From Parcubacteria group bacterium (GTDB lineage: Bacteria; Patescibacteriota; Minisyncoccia; Phycocordibacterales; Phycocordibacteraceae): a DNA stretch of 64,000 nt. The position numbers and the translations under genes are program-made. Positions 61,127-64,000 of the stretch are shown here, piece after piece. The stretch's first letter is position 1, and each line of letters begins with the position of its first letter. The notes below the pieces were generated by a model. The model worked only from the letters and a program-made list of their open reading frames with translations, was not told the origin of the DNA and searched no databases. Where the stretch lies: positions 66,157 through 130,156 of the forward strand of contig JAQBQV010000002.1 in assembly GCA_028286825.1 (NCBI GenBank). The letters are read 5' to 3'.

Positions 61127-61695
61127 GGTGAGGTTGTGGTCGCGAGCGAATAATTTGCGCTGCCGGGGAAGAATCCAAGGTTGCCGACCGGCAGGAGTCG
61201 GACGTCAACGCGACCGATAATGTTTTTCCTTGGGAGAGGGCCCCAGACGCGTGAGTCAGAGCTGTTAGGGCGATTGTCGCCCATAACGAAGTATTCGCCA
61301 GCGTTTAGGGTGACGTCTCTCGTGTAGGTGGCGTCCTCGTTCACGATATATGGTTCTGAGAGTGTCTCCTCTTTCCCCGTGATGGTGGTAACCGATACTA
61401 CACCGTGATTGATCGAGACCGTCTCGCCCGGCAACCCTATGATGCGTTTGATATAGAAGACTGACGGATTGCCTGGGTAGCGAAACACGATGACGTCGCC
61501 ACGCACAGGAGACTTTAGTGTGTAAACTATTTCATCAACAATGAGATAGTCCAAATTTTCGAACGTGGGATGCATCGATTCGCCATCAACCACAAACGGA
61601 GAGACAACGAAAAGGCGAATAGGGATAACAACAATAACGATGAGAAACGCAAGAGTGAAAAGATCCTTCAGAAGACCCTTTCCAGTGTCAGACAT
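61123..61695 (-). CDS. lepB: signal peptidase I
   Basis: TM anchor, catalytic Ser GESMHPT, Lys box YIKRIIGLPGE, GDNRPNSSDSR. TACAAT lies 6 nt upstream. Confidence 0.92.
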   Translation of the reverse strand: MSDTGKGLLKDLFTLAFLIVIVVIPIRLFVVSPFVVDGESMHPTFENLDYLIVDEIVYTLKSPVRGDVIVFRYPGNPSVFYIKRIIGLPGETVSINHGVVSVTTITGKEETLSEPYIVNEDATYTRDVTLNAGEYFVMGDNRPNSSDSRVWGPLPRKNIIGRVDVRLLPVGNLGFFPGSANYSLATTTSP

Positions 61696-61854
61696 GCACG
61701 CATTGTACTCTAGCGTTTGTGGCGCGCAAGCTTTTCTACCACAGATCGCTCCGAGTCAACTATTTTTCAGAGCGTTTCGTTTTACTGCACTTGGCACACT
61801 CTGAAAAATCGTTACCTCGTCGCTTGAGTGAAGCTGCTATGCTACGATTCTCGC

Positions 61855-62451
61855 ATGGCACTCGTCATAGTTGGTCTCGGGAATCCCGGAACAGAGTACG
61901 AAAAGACGCGTCACAACGCCGGTAGGACGGCAGTTGAGCTAATCGCGTCAAAAGAAGGATTGGAAGAGTTCGTTTTCAATAAAACGGCGAAAGCCTTGGT
62001 TACAAAGGGTAGTGTTGGAGGTGAGAATGCTACGCTTGTACTTCCTGAGACAATGATGAACCTCTCTGGCAAGGCCGTAATGGCATTTGTGAAGAGTCCA
62101 AAGGCTGCAAAAAACTTGCTCGTGATCCACGACGATCTCGATCTGCCTCTTGGCACGGTCAAAATGGTATTTGGCCGCGGGAGCGGGGGACATAAAGGTG
62201 TTGAGAGCATCATGCGCGCGATTAAGACCAAAGACTTCGCTCGAATTCGCATAGGTATCAGTGCAGTAGGGAAGCAGAATCAGGCAAAGAAAGTCTCGGG
62301 CGAAGAGAAGGTGATCAAAATGGTGATTGGTAAATTTAAACCGACCGAAGAAGCCTCACTTAAGAAGGTATTAAAAAAAGTCGTAGAAGCATCGCAGCTT
62401 TTCGCTTCTGAGGGCATCGAAGCTGCAACTATGTTTGCAAATACCCGCTAA
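61855..62451 (+). CDS. pth: peptidyl-tRNA hydrolase
   Basis: VGLGNPGTEYEKTRHNAG, HDDLDLPLG, GGHKGV. ORF track start 61828. Confidence 0.9.
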   Translation: MALVIVGLGNPGTEYEKTRHNAGRTAVELIASKEGLEEFVFNKTAKALVTKGSVGGENATLVLPETMMNLSGKAVMAFVKSPKAAKNLLVIHDDLDLPLGTVKMVFGRGSGGHKGVESIMRAIKTKDFARIRIGISAVGKQNQAKKVSGEEKVIKMVIGKFKPTEEASLKKVLKKVVEASQLFASEGIEAATMFANTR

Positions 62452-62467
62452 GTCATACTATTTCCGC

Positions 62468-62560
62468 ATGAAAAATAATGAAATGAAATTGCGTATTCTC
62501 GGAGGCTTGATAATTTTCGTTATTCTTTTAGGTCTTTTTGCTATGTCGATGGTCAGTTAA
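62468..62560 (+). CDS. possible small membrane peptide (30 aa)
   Basis: MKNNEMKLRILGGLIIFVILLGLFAMSMVS; lies between pth and the terminator. No SD. Below the ORF-track length cutoff. Confidence 0.3.
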   Translation: MKNNEMKLRILGGLIIFVILLGLFAMSMVS

Positions 62561-62572
62561 CCACAACAAATC

Positions 62573-62605
62573 AAAACACCCGGTGCCTTTGGCACCGGGT
62601 GTTTT
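62573..62605. terminator. 15-bp perfect bidirectional terminator
   Basis: AAAACACCCGGTGCC-ttt-GGCACCGGGTGTTTT between convergent pth and rpsA. Confidence 0.85.
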
Positions 62606-62625
62606 GATTTCGACTTCTTAAAGGG

Positions 62626-63762
62626 TTATTTCTTCTTCGCCGTGTAGGTCAGCGTCATGCGCTGATCCTTTGGTTCAAAGAGGGCAATTGAGAATGGGTA
62701 GGTCTTACCGAGCTCAAGAGTTTCTCGGAGAGCTACAGGAGATTCAAACTCACTTACGTGTACGAGACCAGCAACACCCTCCTCAATAGAGGCGAGAGCA
62801 CCGTGCTTGTTGTACTTAATAATGACACCCGGCACTTCCATACCCTTAGTGTAGCGCTCACTTGCGGTGTGCCACGGGTTATCCTTAAGGGCTTTGATCG
62901 AGAGGGAAATCTTCCCGTCTTTGATTTCGATTACTTTCACGCGAACCTTCTCACCGACATTGAAGAGTGAGCGTGGGTCCTCAACAAGGCCCCAGTCGAG
63001 CTCGCTGATGTGCACAAGACCTTCGAGACCTGGTTCGAGCTTCACGAAGACGCCGAAGTCAACAACACCGGTGACTTCGCCTTCTGCGGCATCGCCCACC
63101 TGGTACTTGTCGATAAGGGAAGCCTTTTCTTCAGCCTCGTTACCGGTGCGCTCTGAGAAGATAAGCTTACCTTCTTTAGGGTCAGCGGTGATAATACGCA
63201 CTGAGAGCGGGTGGCCGACAAGCGCATTGAGTTCTCCAAGGATCTTGTCCTTGTCGCCTTCAGGCACTCGTGGATAGTGCTCCTTAGAAAGCTGGGAAGC
63301 AGGGAGGAATCCTTGAATACCTTGCCACGTGAGGATGAGCCCGCCCTTGTTTGCTTCTTCTACGGTAATTGAGTACGCAGTCTCAGAGAGAATAGCTGCC
63401 TCAGCTTCGCCCCAGATCGCCGCTTGGCGAGCCTCCTTAAGCGAGAGTTCGATGTAACCGTCGCGACCGGCAGCGTCGATAACTTTTGCAGAAATGATGT
63501 CGCCTGAGTTTGCCTTACGGAGCACGTCAGCAGCGTTGAGGTATTCGCGACCGTAAATGAGGCCTGTACCAAATGGCGGCAGGTCGATATAGACGCGACC
63601 GCGATTCATCGCGATGATCGTACCCTCGACAAGGTCTCCGTTGTTTGGAGGAGTCGGGATACCGTCAATAAGACCGAACATCGGATGGTCGGCTGAAACG
63701 TGGATGGTTGGTAGCGGGATAGCCTTAGGCTTCGCCACTACCGAAGTGGTCTCTTCAGACAT
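62626..63762 (-). CDS. rpsA: 30S ribosomal protein S1 (four S1 domains)
   Basis: Repeated S1/OB motifs (GDLVEGTIIAM, GDIISAKVIDA, GDAAEGEVTGVVDFGVFVKL, GMEVPGVIIKYNKHGA). Confidence 0.9.
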   Translation of the reverse strand: MSEETTSVVAKPKAIPLPTIHVSADHPMFGLIDGIPTPPNNGDLVEGTIIAMNRGRVYIDLPPFGTGLIYGREYLNAADVLRKANSGDIISAKVIDAAGRDGYIELSLKEARQAAIWGEAEAAILSETAYSITVEEANKGGLILTWQGIQGFLPASQLSKEHYPRVPEGDKDKILGELNALVGHPLSVRIITADPKEGKLIFSERTGNEAEEKASLIDKYQVGDAAEGEVTGVVDFGVFVKLEPGLEGLVHISELDWGLVEDPRSLFNVGEKVRVKVIEIKDGKISLSIKALKDNPWHTASERYTKGMEVPGVIIKYNKHGALASIEEGVAGLVHVSEFESPVALRETLELGKTYPFSIALFEPKDQRMTLTYTAKKK

Positions 63763-63871
63763 GTGTGTAAAGCGGTGCGGATTTTCGTAAAGGGTGCTGT
63801 AGCCTTGCGGCTATCAGGGTTAACACCTCACTACTTCTTCGACACTCGTTAGAGAGGACTGTAGCACAAGA

Positions 63872-63901
63872 GCTAAAGTATGAAAAGAGTGACCCCGCAT
63901 T
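63872..63901 (-). terminator. rho-independent terminator of an upstream minus-strand gene
   Basis: GACCCCGCA-caa-TGCGGGGTC on minus, followed by ACTCTTTTCAT. Confidence 0.6.
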
Positions 63902-64000
63902 GTGCGGGGTCAGGATTGGCTGAGGCAGGATTGCCTATGGCCGCGTGCGGTTCTTCAGGTCGACTGGAAGCCGATCTGCGGCATTGCATCGCCATGCGAG

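Noticed and set aside
1-64000. Alternative genetic code (UGA recoded, as in some candidate phyla)
   Set aside because: Housekeeping genes are full length under the standard code, and TGA serves as a genuine stop (for example 4320-4322, 8360-8362, 32582-32584).
63935-64000. Possible 3' end of a minus-strand gene at the window edge (…DLKNRTRP-TAG)
   Set aside because: Only 21 codons are visible with no recognisable motif. The downstream terminator (63872-63901) is consistent with a gene here, but the frame cannot be confirmed.

Overview
Gene-dense 64-kb chromosomal window with about 62 protein-coding genes, 8 intact tRNAs, a tmRNA and an RNase P RNA. I recognised no rRNA, CRISPR array, transposase or integrase. 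Most content is housekeeping: a two-component pair, RsuA-type pseudouridine synthase, ABC-F ATPase, pirin, ABC-2 exporter, TypA, Cfa-like methyltransferase, SmpB plus tmRNA, FtsH, RecG, a LemA/TPM/LemA/GGDEF/HtpX envelope cluster, class II (B12) ribonucleotide reductase, an O-antigen-ligase/TPR protein, MurJ, LepA, small HSP, PrsW, ValRS, TsaD, Orn, a DHH phosphoesterase, RlmB, DedA, two glycosyltransferases, TrxB, FtsZ/FtsA, YbeY, S21, Nudix, a VanY-type peptidase, a HisRS-like protein, signal peptidase I, Pth and S1. The standard genetic code applies (TGA is used as a stop). Compact genes, little biosynthesis and sparse Shine-Dalgarno use suggest a small-genome Patescibacteria/CPR-like bacterium, but that placement is inference only. 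Main observations: (1) a 5.4-kb non-housekeeping block (44.3-49.7 kb) beside a tRNA cluster carrying tRNA-fragment scars; it encodes a sigma-70 region-2-only ORF, an orphan, a degenerate GGDEF protein and two paralogous secreted wall-binding proteins, one with an internally duplicated domain I could not place; (2) ftsA and ftsZ are split by a convergent pair of orphan genes with their own promoter, SD sites and back-to-back terminators; (3) core genes look leaderless (-10 box 6-8 nt from the ATG, no SD), while almost all strong-SD genes are orphans; (4) a GGDEF gene is translationally coupled between lemA and htpX; (5) a tRNA-Ile with a UAU anticodon, a tRNA-Ser whose 3' end is duplicated around a 130-nt four-hairpin cassette, and a degenerate HisRS paralogue. 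All functional calls rest on motif recognition by eye; no database search or computation was run.
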